Shown one piece after another: positions 38,822-50,014 of a DNA stretch of 50,032 nt. This stretch comes from Mesotaenium endlicherianum. Lineage: Eukaryota. The stretch lies in assembly GCA_009602735.1 (NCBI GenBank), contig WELA01003361.1, forward strand, positions 126,548 through 176,579, written 5' to 3'. The notes beneath the pieces are model-generated. The model had not been told where the DNA came from and ran no database searches. It was given only the letters and a program-made list of their open reading frames with translations. The position numbers were made by a program, and so were the translations under genes. Numbering within the stretch: position 1 is the stretch's first letter; each line of letters opens with the position of its first letter.

Positions 38822-41800
38822 GTGTGCCTCTCTCGCGGCAACGAGGGCGACCGGCCCGCCAGCTTTCTGATCTCCCTGGGCGGCGGCAGCCGCGGCAGCG
38901 CCACTACCACGCTGCTCGTCAACTGCCCCCTCGATGCCGCCTCCTCCCTGCATCACTTCCTCCCCACCCGCTTCGCCGCCCCCCCTCCTCTCGCCCCCTC
39001 GCTGGTTCTCCCTCCGCCTTCAGGCCCCTCACCGGCAGCCAAAAGGAGGAGGCACGACGGGGGCGAGGGAGCGCCACCTGGCGAGCTGAGAGGGGACGGG
39101 GACGGGGGCGGGGGTGGGGACGAGCCGCTGCCGTCGCAGGACGAGCTGGCGCAGCGGGATTGGCTGCGTCCTCTGATTGTGCAGGTCCACGGGCACCGCC
39201 TGCTGGACTGCGAGGCGCGGTACAGGGTGACGTGGCTGCCTCTGGTGACGCCAGCTGTCTTGGACGCAGTGCTCATCACGTCGCCGTATGCCCTGCTGGC
39301 GCTGCCATACCTGCGCGCGCAGCCTGGCTTTACTGCAAGGGTGAGGTGGCACTCCCTCTGCCTGCCAGCAGCGCCGCCCCCACCTCTAGAACCCCTTGAT
39401 CCTAACTTCAAACAATATAGTTGCTCAAACCTTCGCCCGAGATTGAGCAGCACAACGGCAAGGGTGAGGGGACGACACTCCCTCTGCCATAGCCCCCACC
39501 CCTACCCCCACCCCCACCGCCACTGCCACTGCCACTGCCACCGCCACTGTCCTGAAACTAGAACTTGAATCCCTGGGTGTGAGGTTTAGCACCAGCAGCA
39601 GCACCAGCAGGAGCAGCAGCAGCAGCAGCAGCAGCAGCCTCCCTTCTGTCCTCCTGTCCTCCTGTCCTTCCTTTATCAAATCCTCTGCTCCTGGGACGTA
39701 ACCATGTCAGCTCATGCACGCGTCGTTGCTTCCAGGTGTTTGCAACAGATGCCGCTCTTCAGGTGGGCCGCTTTCTGATGAAGGAGATGGTGGCCCTACA
39801 CGACGAGTACCGCCAGCTGTACGGCTACGAGAGCGACAGGCAGGCGCCGGCGAGTCGCGGCGGCATGCCACCCTGGCAGCTGCCAAGTCGTCGCAGGCTC
39901 GGGTTTCCGGCGGAATTTTGGCGGGAGCTTGACGGCAGGGACAGCTGTGTGCATGCCACTTGGCGGTCAATGTACAGGTGTGCCCCAGCGCCCCCCCACC
40001 CCCCCNTGGTTAGCAAAAGTGTGCCAAAGACATTGCATTGCTTGTGGTATGTATGGGGTCTGGTGGGAGTGGCGGTGCACGCGTGTGTGTGCGTCTGCAT
40101 CTGCGTGCGTGAGCAGGGGCGGATGGGTGCGCTTGTTTGTGAGAGTGTGCCCATCTCTGTGGGTATGTCTGCACGCATGTGCATGTGTGCATGTGTGCAT
40201 GTGCATGCCTAAGTGAATGTGCGTGCACGTGCTCGCATGTGTCCGCGTGCGTGTGTGCATGTGTTTCTGGACTTGTGTGCCTGCGTGTGTTGTGTATGCG
40301 CAAGCGTGGGCGCCCACTTGGACGCGCACGTGCGTGCCCGTGTTTGTGTGTGTGTGTGTGTGTGTGCATATGTGTGCCTGCGCGCGTGCCTGCGAGCGTA
40401 CATGCCTGCGTGCGTGCGTGCGGGCATGCGTGCGTGTGCGCGTGCGCGTGCGTTCGGCACTTGGCCAGAAATGGAAACCAGAAGTCTCCAGGGTCGTTGG
40501 GCGCAGCCGGCTCTGACACGAGCCCTCGACGTGCACCCCTCCAATATGGATTTCGGGCCCAAAGTTCAAAACCGGAAGTTCAACCTTCGGATCCTGAAAT
40601 GCCCATCGAGCTCTGGGCTGGGAGTTTCAGATGCCTGGAGCCTTTCTCCTGGGGGCTAACGCCGAAAGCCAACCAGCCGGTCTGCTTCGCCTCCTCCTTG
40701 CTCTCACGCCCCTCAAGTCCTCTTTGCCTGAGGCCCCCTCCCACTGACGGCACAGCCAACCCACACTCTTTGCTGCACAAGCGGGGTGCCTGCGCGTGCC
40801 TGTACGTGCGTGCGTGCGTGCACATGTCCGTGCATGCATGCGCGTGTGTGCACGTGCACATTTGTTCACATAAGCGTAAGTGTGCCTCCCTTTGTGTACG
40901 TGTGTGCGAGTTGGGGAGCGGGGGGGGTGGGGGGTNTAGCAGATATGGAGGCGTGCCTGGCCACCGTGAAGGCGCTGAAGCTCAATGAGGACGTGCCACT
41001 TGGCAGCGGTGTGTCTGTCACGCCTTGCAGCTCCGGGCTCAGCCTGGGCTGCTGCAACTGGCTGTTGTGCGACAGCCTGACACGTCAGCAGGTGCTGCTG
41101 GTGGGGGCGTCCCTGCTGGCGCCAACTCACGCCGCCCCCTTCAGCCAGGGCCCCCTTCAGACGGGCCAGGTGGCGCTGTTTGCCGAGCCTGCCACGTCAC
41201 CAAGAAGCGATCGACTACAAGACGGCGAGCTGCCCGGTCCCGCAGCTGAGAGCGGAAAGGCACCCCACCGAACGACAGGTGATGTGCGCCAGAAGGAGGT
41301 GCCAGGTGGCAGGCATCAGGAGCTCCAAGGCCCTGAGAATGGGAGCAGCGCGGTACAACCTGGCAGGAGCCCTGCGCCTGGTGAACCGACAGCTGGCGTG
41401 GCGATACCTGGTAGGTGGCGGGGGGAGAGTCAGCATGAGGTGGCGGCAGGAGAGGCCAGCTTGCGGGCGGGCTTGGAGGCGGTGGCAGAGGCGGCTGTGG
41501 GTACGCTTAAGGAGGGCGGATCTGTGCTGCTTCCCGTCTCGCCAAGTGGCACGCTGCTGGAGCTCGTGGAGGTGCTGGCAGAGCAGATGCAAGCTGGTGG
41601 GTTTGGGTACGCCTCTCGCCCACCCTTTTTTCTTTTCATGCATGAAAAAGTAGAACCTGAAGAAGAATGACAAAATATTAAGGAAAAAATACGTTGTACA
41701 AAACACAAAAAGCATGGAACATGATCGAAATATAATTAACTTCCAAAGCACCAAAATTTCCTGTTTGGTTCCCCTCCTTTCTGTGTGCTCATAGATGCAC

Positions 41801-42379
41801 ATATATATAAGTATATGTCTGTATAGACACGCACATGTGTGTATATGTGTGTGCGCATGCGTGCGTGTGTGTGTGCACGCATGTGCATGCATGTGTGCAT
41901 ATGTGTGCGTGTGCGTTTGCGTGTGCGTGTATGTGAATGCTTTCCCAGCCCGCCCTTCAACACCAGCGGGGCTAGACCCCCCCCTGAAAATACAAATCAA
42001 ATGGTGCGGGGGTTTCACCCAACTCTCCAAAGCAAGGGCCTCGTGCCACGAGAAGCAACCTGAAGACGCATTTCCCCCCCAGGTGCATGTGAGCAGGGGT
42101 ACAAACAGTGTGACCCTCGACCCCCAAAGTATACACTCTCAAATATAAATCCTCAACCCTCAACCTTCAACCCTCAACCCTGAACTTTTGGGTATTGCTG
42201 AGAGTCAGTCCCCTGAAGTCAAACTTACCCCAGCGGCCCTAGCCTGACGTCCTTCCCACGCATGCGTGTGAGCAGGGGAGTGACGATTCACTATGTGAGC
42301 CCGGCAGCGCACGAGCTGATGGCGTACGGCAACATCGTGCCGGAGTGGCTCTCCCCCTCGCGCCAAGACAGGGTGCGCC

Positions 42380-42431
<52 letters not shown>

Positions 42432-43904
42432 TTGCTCCTGTTGCTGCTTGTGCTCCTCCTCGTGCTTCTGCTGCTTTTTTCTCCTGCCTGCTTCTGCTCC
42501 TGCGGTTACTACACCCTTTCCTCCAGCTTTTTTTTCTTTTCTTCTTTTTTTTTCTTCTTTTCCTTTTTTTCTAGTACACAAAAATGAGTGATTTGTTTGC
42601 CAAACAGGTGGAAGGTAAAAGTTACTCATCTTTGCGGATGATAGACATACCTCAGTTTTTGCAAATATTTGATGTGGAACTGCACATGTTTTCCAATCTC
42701 ACAGTTCTAGTCTTTGACTGCATAAGAATATGAACTATTGGCGTGTGCATTCATGTTTCAACATAGACAGGATGATGACTGCAGCCGTAGCCCCACACGT
42801 GCCACCTGTCAGCCATACTAACTCCAGCTCACACTTGTCGGGACCGCATGCAGCTCTTCAAAGCAGAGGCACTGTTTGGCCACGTGGCGCTGCTGCAGGA
42901 GAAGCGCGTGCGCTGCCACCCAAATCTGCTCTCCCCCTCTCTCTGGTGCGTGGCGGTCCCCCCCCCCCTCCCGCATGCCCCACCCCNNNNNNNNNNCCCT
43001 CCCGCATGCCCCACCCCTCCCCATGCACCCGCCACCTGTCAATTAGTGCCACACCTACCTTGCAATGAGTGACTTGTTGGTGGGTGACCTGTCGTCTCGT
43101 CGTCTCTAGCAGAAGGAGGGGCCCTTACATACCTCCCCCGCCCAAACCCTAATCTCCAAACTCTAGGGCGTGGGAGAGCCCCGTGACGCCCCTGGATTGA
43201 GTGCGAAAGTGTCGCCAGGGCTCAGGCTTTTGGGTGCGTATTTTGAAGTGGGAGCTTCAGACTATGGTCCAAATATCTGTGCATGCATTTAATTGCCATC
43301 GAGCATTTGTCGTCGTCTTTGTTCTAGAGTAAACGAATTGTCGGGCCACTCGAACGGAGGCCGAAGTAAAAGCGGGACGCAGAACATGGTCTGCTCCGTG
43401 CGCTCGTACAGAGAGCCGCTTGCAGAGCTGCCCCCCCCATGAACTCTCCTTTGGCGCCTCCCTTCACTCACGCTGCTGCACGCGTGGGCGCGTGGCAGGG
43501 CGGAGCTGGACAGCTGTCAGTGCGTGGTGCTGGCAGGCCACGAGAGCGTGCGCATGGGGCCCTGCACGCACCTGCTCTCCCTCTGGCGCTCCGATCCCGC
43601 GTCCGCCCTGATCTTCACCCAGGTGTTACTATGCTCTCTCTCTCTCCCTCCTCCCCCCCCNNNNNNNNNNNNNNNNNNNNNNNNNNNNNNNNNNNNNNNN
43701 NNNNNNNNNNNNNNNNNNNNNNNNNNNNNNNNNNNNNNNNNNNNNNNNNNNNNNNNNNNNNNNNNNNNNNNNNNNNNNNNNNNNNNNNNNNNNNNNNNNN
43801 NNNNNNNNNNNNNNNNNNNNNNNNNNNNNNNNNNNNNNNNNNNNNNNNNNNNNNNNNNNNNNNNNNNNNNNNNNNNNNNNNNNNNNNNNNNNNNNNNNNN
43901 NNNN

Positions 43905-43982
<78 letters not shown>

Positions 43983-45150
43983 TACACGGCCTTCATATCG
44001 CGTGACAGGTGGAACCCGGTTCACATTGCATGACCTGGGATCGTGTGGAACTGAGCCGAGCATGGGATTGGGGGTCATACGCTTTGGACGCGGACGAGGG
44101 CAGCCACATGTCAACATCCCGCTGGTGCTTGCGCCCTTCCAGCCCCTGCAGATGAGAGTCCTGCACATTCCGATCGACACCTGTCTCAGGTGTGAGCTCC
44201 CAGCACTCTCTCCGTTGAGATCTTTCAGATTACACGCATCTGAGATTTGAAGCATCATACTGCAGAAGGAGATTCGTATGCATGCACCGATGTCATGTGC
44301 AGGGAAAAAGATTTAAGCAGTTGATGGCTGGAACCCTATTGAAATCATTAATTCATCGGTAGAGAAGTGTCTTTTTTTGGCTGAAACATTTTAGTTTGTA
44401 CCTTTTGTAAGGTATATATTTTTTCAAGTCATTCTTATGCCTTCGTTGCTGCATGTGGCAAATATCTCTGGCCTATTATTTTTCTGCTGAGGTATTCCAT
44501 TATTAACTCATCACGTCAACAATCTAGACAATGTGTGCTGTTTTGTTGGTGGTGTATTCAAGCACGCACATGCCGGTTTCTACAGTCGATATCTGAGGCT
44601 GAGTGTGCTATTTGTTCCTGGTTACTACATGTTTGACACTTCAACGCCTTTTTCTTTAACTAGCTTGTCTCTTCCTAGAAATACCTGGTTGCGGCCTTCA
44701 AGCTTTTAATGACCACATTTTCAAAGTGATTCACGTCTCAAGAACATCTATCTTTGTGTGCAGACGGGAGGACGTGCTCCGGCTGACGCGTCAGCTGCAG
44801 CCTCGCCACATTCTGGTACCTACAAAAAGCCTTTGCCCTCCATTTCACAACTACCAGTTGATACAATGTTTTTCTCATATTGACTCGTTCATCACTAGCT
44901 TCAATAAATATTTCTTTGTACTTTTCAGAAAGAGCATCATCAGGTCATGTAACGCAGGACAGATGGCAACCTTCACCCAACTGACATGTTCTCCAGCTAT
45001 ATCAACATATGCATGCTGCTAATTTGCTCAACATTCCTCCTGCAGGTTCCTCAGTCCCTGGCTAACGCCCTAGGCACGGCTGGTTTCGAGTCGAACACTA
45101 TACCCTTCAGTGTAGGGCAAACATGCCAGGTGGCACTCGAGGAGCCGTGA
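38822..45150 (+). CDS. INTS9: Integrator complex subunit 9 (MBL/beta-CASP, catalytically inactive); first exon not located
   Basis: Exons 38822-39340 (CLSRG...LLVNCPLD...LDAVLITSPYALLALPYL...GFTAR), 39736-39977 (VFATDAALQVGRFLMKEMV...WRSMY), about 40938-41606 (SSGLSLGCCNW...GGSVLLPVSPSGTLLELVE; acceptor hidden by N at 40936), 42276-42372 (YGNIVPEWLS), 42854-42945 (LFGHVALL), 43499-43622 (GHESVRMGP...W...LIFTQ), 44104-44189 (LAPFQPLQMR...PID), 44764-44815 (LQPRHIL) and 45046-45150. GT-AG junctions and phases are consistent. Confidence 0.88.
43905..43979 (+). repeat. (CT)n microsatellite
   Basis: Perfect CT run following gap 43661-43904 in an INTS9 intron. Confidence 0.95.
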
Positions 45151-45473
45151 TTGGCTTTGACATGGGAAAATAAAGTCTTCTTTAGAATCTGGGGGACGAT
45201 GCCACCAGGAGTAGATAATGTGCAGAAAATAAAAGGTTTAAAAAGAAATAGCACGAGAAATCAAACTGCTGGAAAGTAATAGTTGCAAGTTACATATGAG
45301 TAGAGCAGAAAATGAGAGGTATGAGAAAAGCAGTAAAAGTCTAGCCACCAATGGGCCTCAACCACCCGGCCTGCTTGCTACTCGAGAATTGGCCTTTGTG
45401 GAGCAGAGTCCAGGGGTGCCATTATTAGTCTTGTAAGCATTGGGGCCTACAAGGTGTATCACATACCTGGTAA

Positions 45474-45747
45474 CAGGCCCCAGGATTCGCGTAAAATTTG
45501 ATGTTATTTTTTAAAAAATATGTTTTAAAATCATGCATACTTGTAGATTATGTCGAAAAGAATCCGGGTCACTGGGAGCGGATGTTTCATAATATCAAGC
45601 ATTTCCCTACATAGTTATGGATATTTGTTCGGATGTTTTCCTCAAAAACAATGATTTATACGAACATCTTCTGAATAATATCGGATGTTCTGAAAAATCA
45701 TGGGCGTCAGGTCCCGGATGTTACTTTTGGTTGAAACCTGGGGCCTG
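45474..45747. mobile_element. Non-autonomous hAT-type MITE, 274 bp
   Basis: TIRs CAGGCCCCAGGATTC (45474-45488) and GAAACCTGGGGCCTG (45733-45747), 14/15 match. Perfect 8-bp TSD CCTGGTAA (45466-45473 and 45748-45755). AT-rich interior with repeated CGGATGTT motifs. Confidence 0.88.
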
Positions 45748-46464
45748 CCTGGTAACTCGGGTCTTGAATCACACATATGCCTGAAGCTAGAAGTAAAATA
45801 GCATGTATCCTCAGCAAGTCGCTGTCATACTCAGCTGTTCACGCAAGAATGTTAAAAGCATCTTGAGTTCAGGTCAACGTCCAGTAAATAATTCTTGCCA
45901 TGGGAGCTGCTACAAACTTTCCAACTGAGCCCCTCGATCAGTGATGGGCCAGAGGCAGGCAGTGTCATCCACTACCATCAGTATTTTGGGTGCAAGAGTG
46001 GAACTTAAATCAGATGGTAAGATGTCCTGCAAGGCCCAGGAATCAAATTCTGACTGAAAGTAGCAAGCAGCATCAAGGGCTCTTTTTCCTTCAGGCCACT
46101 TGTTTGTCTTGTAATGTACAGCATACTTGCCTAAAAATCATAAAGAGCGTCAATCGGGCATAACGCTGAAGGTTTTGATCACTAAAAGTTTGTGAGAGCG
46201 TCCAGCTCTAGCCCTGACCTATCAGTATAGGACTAGAAGCATACAGAACATTGAGCAAATTCATCAAAGCTGGGCTACACAACTCCGACTTGCAATGCAT
46301 TTAGAGCAAGCAAAGAGCTACTTCCAAAGACGATCGTTCTTTCCATCGTACAGCGACCCACCCCTTGTTCACAATATGTACAGATAACAAACCAATAAAA
46401 CAAGTTGATGAGTTCAGAGATAAGGTGGTGTTTAAAAACACCAGATTTTGAGATACGAGCGAGT

Positions 46465-46991
46465 CTAGAACTCCTGTGACTGGGAGTTCTTGGCAGTTCC
46501 AGTCTTTTTGGGGAGCAAGATGTTGTGGATATTTGGGAGGACTCCTCCAGCAGCGATAGTGACTAGGCCAAGGAGCTTGCTCAGTTCCTCATCGTTCCTG
46601 ACTGCAAGCTGAATATGACGCGGAACAACCCTGGTCTTCTTGTTATCCCTTGCGGCGTTCCCAGCAAGCTCAAGCACCTCAGCTGCTAGATACTCGAGGA
46701 CAGCAGCAAGATAAACTGGTGCTCCGGCTCCAACGCGCTCGGCATACCTGCAAGCATAACACTAAATCATCAGGTTTCTTCCAGTACAAACACATAAAGT
46801 GCTGCACACGGTACGACTATATTCTCTCACTCTGCAAGATGGGTTCGACTGAAGCCGTGCCATGGAGATAGTAGAAGCACTTACTTGCCAGCCTTCAGAT
46901 ATCTAGCGATGCGCCCGACAGGGAATTGCAAGCCAGCCTTCGCAGAACGAGAGACGGCCTTTTTCCCGGTAGTCTTACCACGTCCTGACAT
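46465..46991 (-). CDS. H2AX: Histone H2A.X (129 aa)
   Basis: Exons 46991-46885 and 46747-46465 give [96 protein letters not shown]...[27 protein letters not shown]. The C-terminal SQEF is the plant-type H2A.X motif. Confidence 0.96.
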
Positions 46992-47113
46992 GATGACACA
47001 GTACTTCTGACTACTATGAAGGGGGAACGATGAAGTAAGTGCTAAGTAGTAAGCAAGATAATCAGAATGCTACTGTAGAGCATTTTTGAATATTTGTAAT
47101 CTGCGATGAAAAC

Positions 47114-47146
47114 TTTCCCGGGAATTTGGTCCAGGTTTCAACCAAT
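47114..47146. promoter_or_regulatory. Overlapping palindromic E2F-type sites plus CCAAT box upstream of H2A.X
   Basis: TTTCCCGGGAAT (47114-47125) matches WTTSSCSS on both strands; CCAAT at 47142-47146; about 125-155 bp upstream of the H2A.X ATG. Motif match only. Confidence 0.4.
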
Positions 47147-47992
47147 AGAACACGAATATTTTCTCTATAGGATTAATGTTTTTAGTCCATAATGAGCGTC
47201 GATTATATTTTACGCATTTTCAACCGCGAGATTAGCGAGAACCTGCAAATGTTAAGGCGCTGTAGGCCGTCCAGTGTGCATATCGGTACCGGAGTCGTCG
47301 ATGTCACTTGGAGTGAAGTCACAGTGTTTCGAGGGCGGGTGGTGCAGGCTGGTGCAGCTTACAGTTTCAGTAACGGCAATTTTGCGAATTTTCGTTTTCA
47401 TAAATCCAGAACGGAACACCAGTGTAGTCAACGATTCAGGACTCAGGAGTCAACATGCTTTGGTTTACACGTCAATGATCAAAAGTGGTCAAAACCCCTC
47501 ATGGTGCAGCAAGGTACCAGCAGGTACAGCAAGGTGCAGCAAAGTGGAAGAGTTTAACCTTTGGAGCATACAAGACATCGGCTTTCAGCTCAGAGGAGGT
47601 GTCGAGGGAAGGTTTGAGCTGGTTTGAGCTTCGCTTATAAACAGAGGTACGGCTACAGCACAGAAAATACCGCTATAGTTCAGAAAGTGTGACTGTACGT
47701 CCACCTGCACGCGCTTACATTGGCCGAATGCCTTTCGCCCCCCACTCTTACCTTTCCGTATATGTATGTTCATATTGCTCCGGCAGCACATGCAATCCTG
47801 CGCTGCAGTGCTCGACGTGATAGTGAGTGATCAGATTCGAACCTTAAGCATCGCAATAGACGTTCAACTGCTGCTTTTGGGGGCTTGTATGAGAGTGCAC
47901 TAGAAAAGGCAATCGATCAGTGCTGGCAACCATGCGCTTCGCTTCGTCAGCAAGCCGACACGGGAGACGTCCCTACACTGCGTCCACGTGAC

Positions 47993-50014
47993 ATGCCTCT
48001 GCTGGCACTTTCCTCCACGCCAGCTTGGCATGGCACTGTTTGTCCTTCGCCATCATTCGTCGAGGTCCATGGCATGGCCGCGAGGTCTTCCTTCCGAAAT
48101 CTGACTCTCTCAGCCACTCGCCTCACCTTCAAGAAGCTGCAAACTGAAGCTTTGAGTCCTCCCACGTTCCATAAGCTGAGGTTTGGTCCTGCTGGCAGAT
48201 CTGCAAGTAGAGGATCCGAACTTGCTGCCTCCTGTTGCCACGTAGCCGTCTCTTGCTGGCCGAGCGGGCCCCTCCCACACGTACCCTCTACATCTACGAC
48301 CCCATCCAACTCGTCGTCGTTGTCCCCGTCGCCCTCGTCATTGTCGTCGTCGTCGTCGTCGTTGAAGGGTGCCGCCTTTGGGCTAGGCAAGAGGAGACAT
48401 TTCAGCGCTGCCCGTGACAACTGTCTCGAGGCAAAGGGGCCGGACTTCGAAAAAGGGAGAAGAGGTGCAGCCAAGTGTCTAGCCGCGGGGAAGAAGAGTG
48501 CAGCCGCTAAAACTCCGCACGCTCATGCGCCCTTAGCTGCTGCCACACCACCCTCGCCCTCGCCCTCGCCCACAAACACCATGAATTCAAACGGACGCCA
48601 GGGCCCCCTCTCTGGCCCCAACGAAGGAGCCGGAGCCGGGACCGGAAACGGCTCGCAGCAGCCACAGGGGCAGCAGCAACAGCAGAGGCAGCAGCAGCAA
48701 CAGCAGGGGCAGCAGCAAGGGGGGCAGCAGCAGCAGCAGCAGCAGCAGAAGGGTGGCAGCAGGAAGAGGAAGAAGTTCTCGCCAGAGTCGGAGCTCCGCA
48801 AGCAGCTGGACATGCTCTCACGCGACGCCGACGTGGCGGGCGCGCTCGCCTTCTACGACCGCCACATTGACGGCGCCGCCGCCGCGCCCGGCAGCGGCAG
48901 CTTCAGCTTTGGGCAGTACCACTACAACATCCTGCTCTACCTCTGCGCCTCCGCCGCGTCGGGCACCGTCTTCCCCCGCCCCGACACGCGCGCCAGCGCC
49001 AAGGCCGCCAAGGCCGACAGGCCTCTCGGCTCTCAGGAGCAGGAGGGGGACGAGGGGGATGGCGGCGGCAGCGGCGCGCAGCGGGCTGCTGCTGCTGCAC
49101 CTGCTGCGCAGGTGACACCTGGCGGGGGGGGCGGCGGCCAGGGGGAGGTGGCAGGCGTGACGCAGCCTGCAGGGGCAGCGAGAGGCGATAACGTGCCGCC
49201 CGCAGAAGCAGCAGCAGGTGCAAGTGGGCAGGGAACGGGCGAGGGGCAACAGGAGCAGGGAGAGATGGGAGAGGGGGTGGGGGTGCCGGTGTCGGCAGAG
49301 CTGCAGGAGGAGGCCAAGAGGAGGGGCTTTGAGGTCTGGGAGAAGATGAAGGAGCGCCAGGTGGCGCCCAACGAGGCGACGTTCACGTCGGTCGCCCGGC
49401 TGGCGGTGGCGGCGGGCGACGGCGAGACAGCGTTTGCGCTCGTCAAGGACATGCAGGCACACGGGATTGCTCCGAAGCTGAGATCCTACGGTCCCGCCCT
49501 CTTCACCTTCTGCCAGCAAGGCGCGCTCGAGCGGGCGATGGCGGTGGACGCTCACATGCTCGAGGCCGGCGTGCAGCCACTCGAGGAGGAGCTCGCGGCG
49601 CTCCTGCGGCTGACAGCTGGCGCCGGCACGGCGGCCCAGGTGTACGCGCTCCTGCACCGCCTGCGCGCCACCGTGTGCTCCCTGAGCGCCACCTCGGTGG
49701 CCGCAGTCGAGGGCTGGTTCAGCTCCGACGCCGCTGCCCGCGCTGAAGGCCCGTGCGTTGCGGAGCTGCCAGCTGGCACCGTCGCGACGGCCCTTGAGTC
49801 CCGCGGCGGCGGGTGGCACGGCCTCGGCTGGCTCGGGCGCGGCACCTGGCAGCCCCGGCTGACGACGGTGACGCCCGAGGGCGCGTGCGTGCGCTGCCGC
49901 GAGCAGCTCATCACCGTGGATATCGATCCGGAGGAGACGGAGCGCTTCGCTGAGTCGCTGGCCCAGCTGGCGGTGGAGCGCGAGTCCCGCCCGAACGAGT
50001 TCAAGCTGTTCCAG
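47993..50014 (+). CDS. PRORP: Proteinaceous RNase P (PPR + zinc + NYN); first exon only, gene continues past the window
   Basis: Open frame from ATG 47993 to donor CAG|GT at 50014/50015 (674 codons). Includes SPESELRKQLDMLSRDADVAGALAFYD, QYHYNILLYLC, RGFEVWEKM...PNEATFTSVARLA, PKLRSYGPALFTFC, EEELAALL, GGGWHGLGWLGRGTW, CVRC and VDIDPEETERFAESLAQLA, all matching plant PRORP motifs. The NYN domain is beyond the window. Confidence 0.93.

Noticed and set aside
48818..49819. 333-aa minus-strand ORF and other antisense ORFs over GC-rich exons
   Set aside because: Shadow frames of the PRORP, SETD7 and receptor exons.
32561..50014. Neighbouring nuclear-function genes (SETD7, INTS9, H2A.X, PRORP) as a functional cluster
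   Set aside because: Mixed orientations and unrelated pathways; probably chance without synteny or co-expression data.
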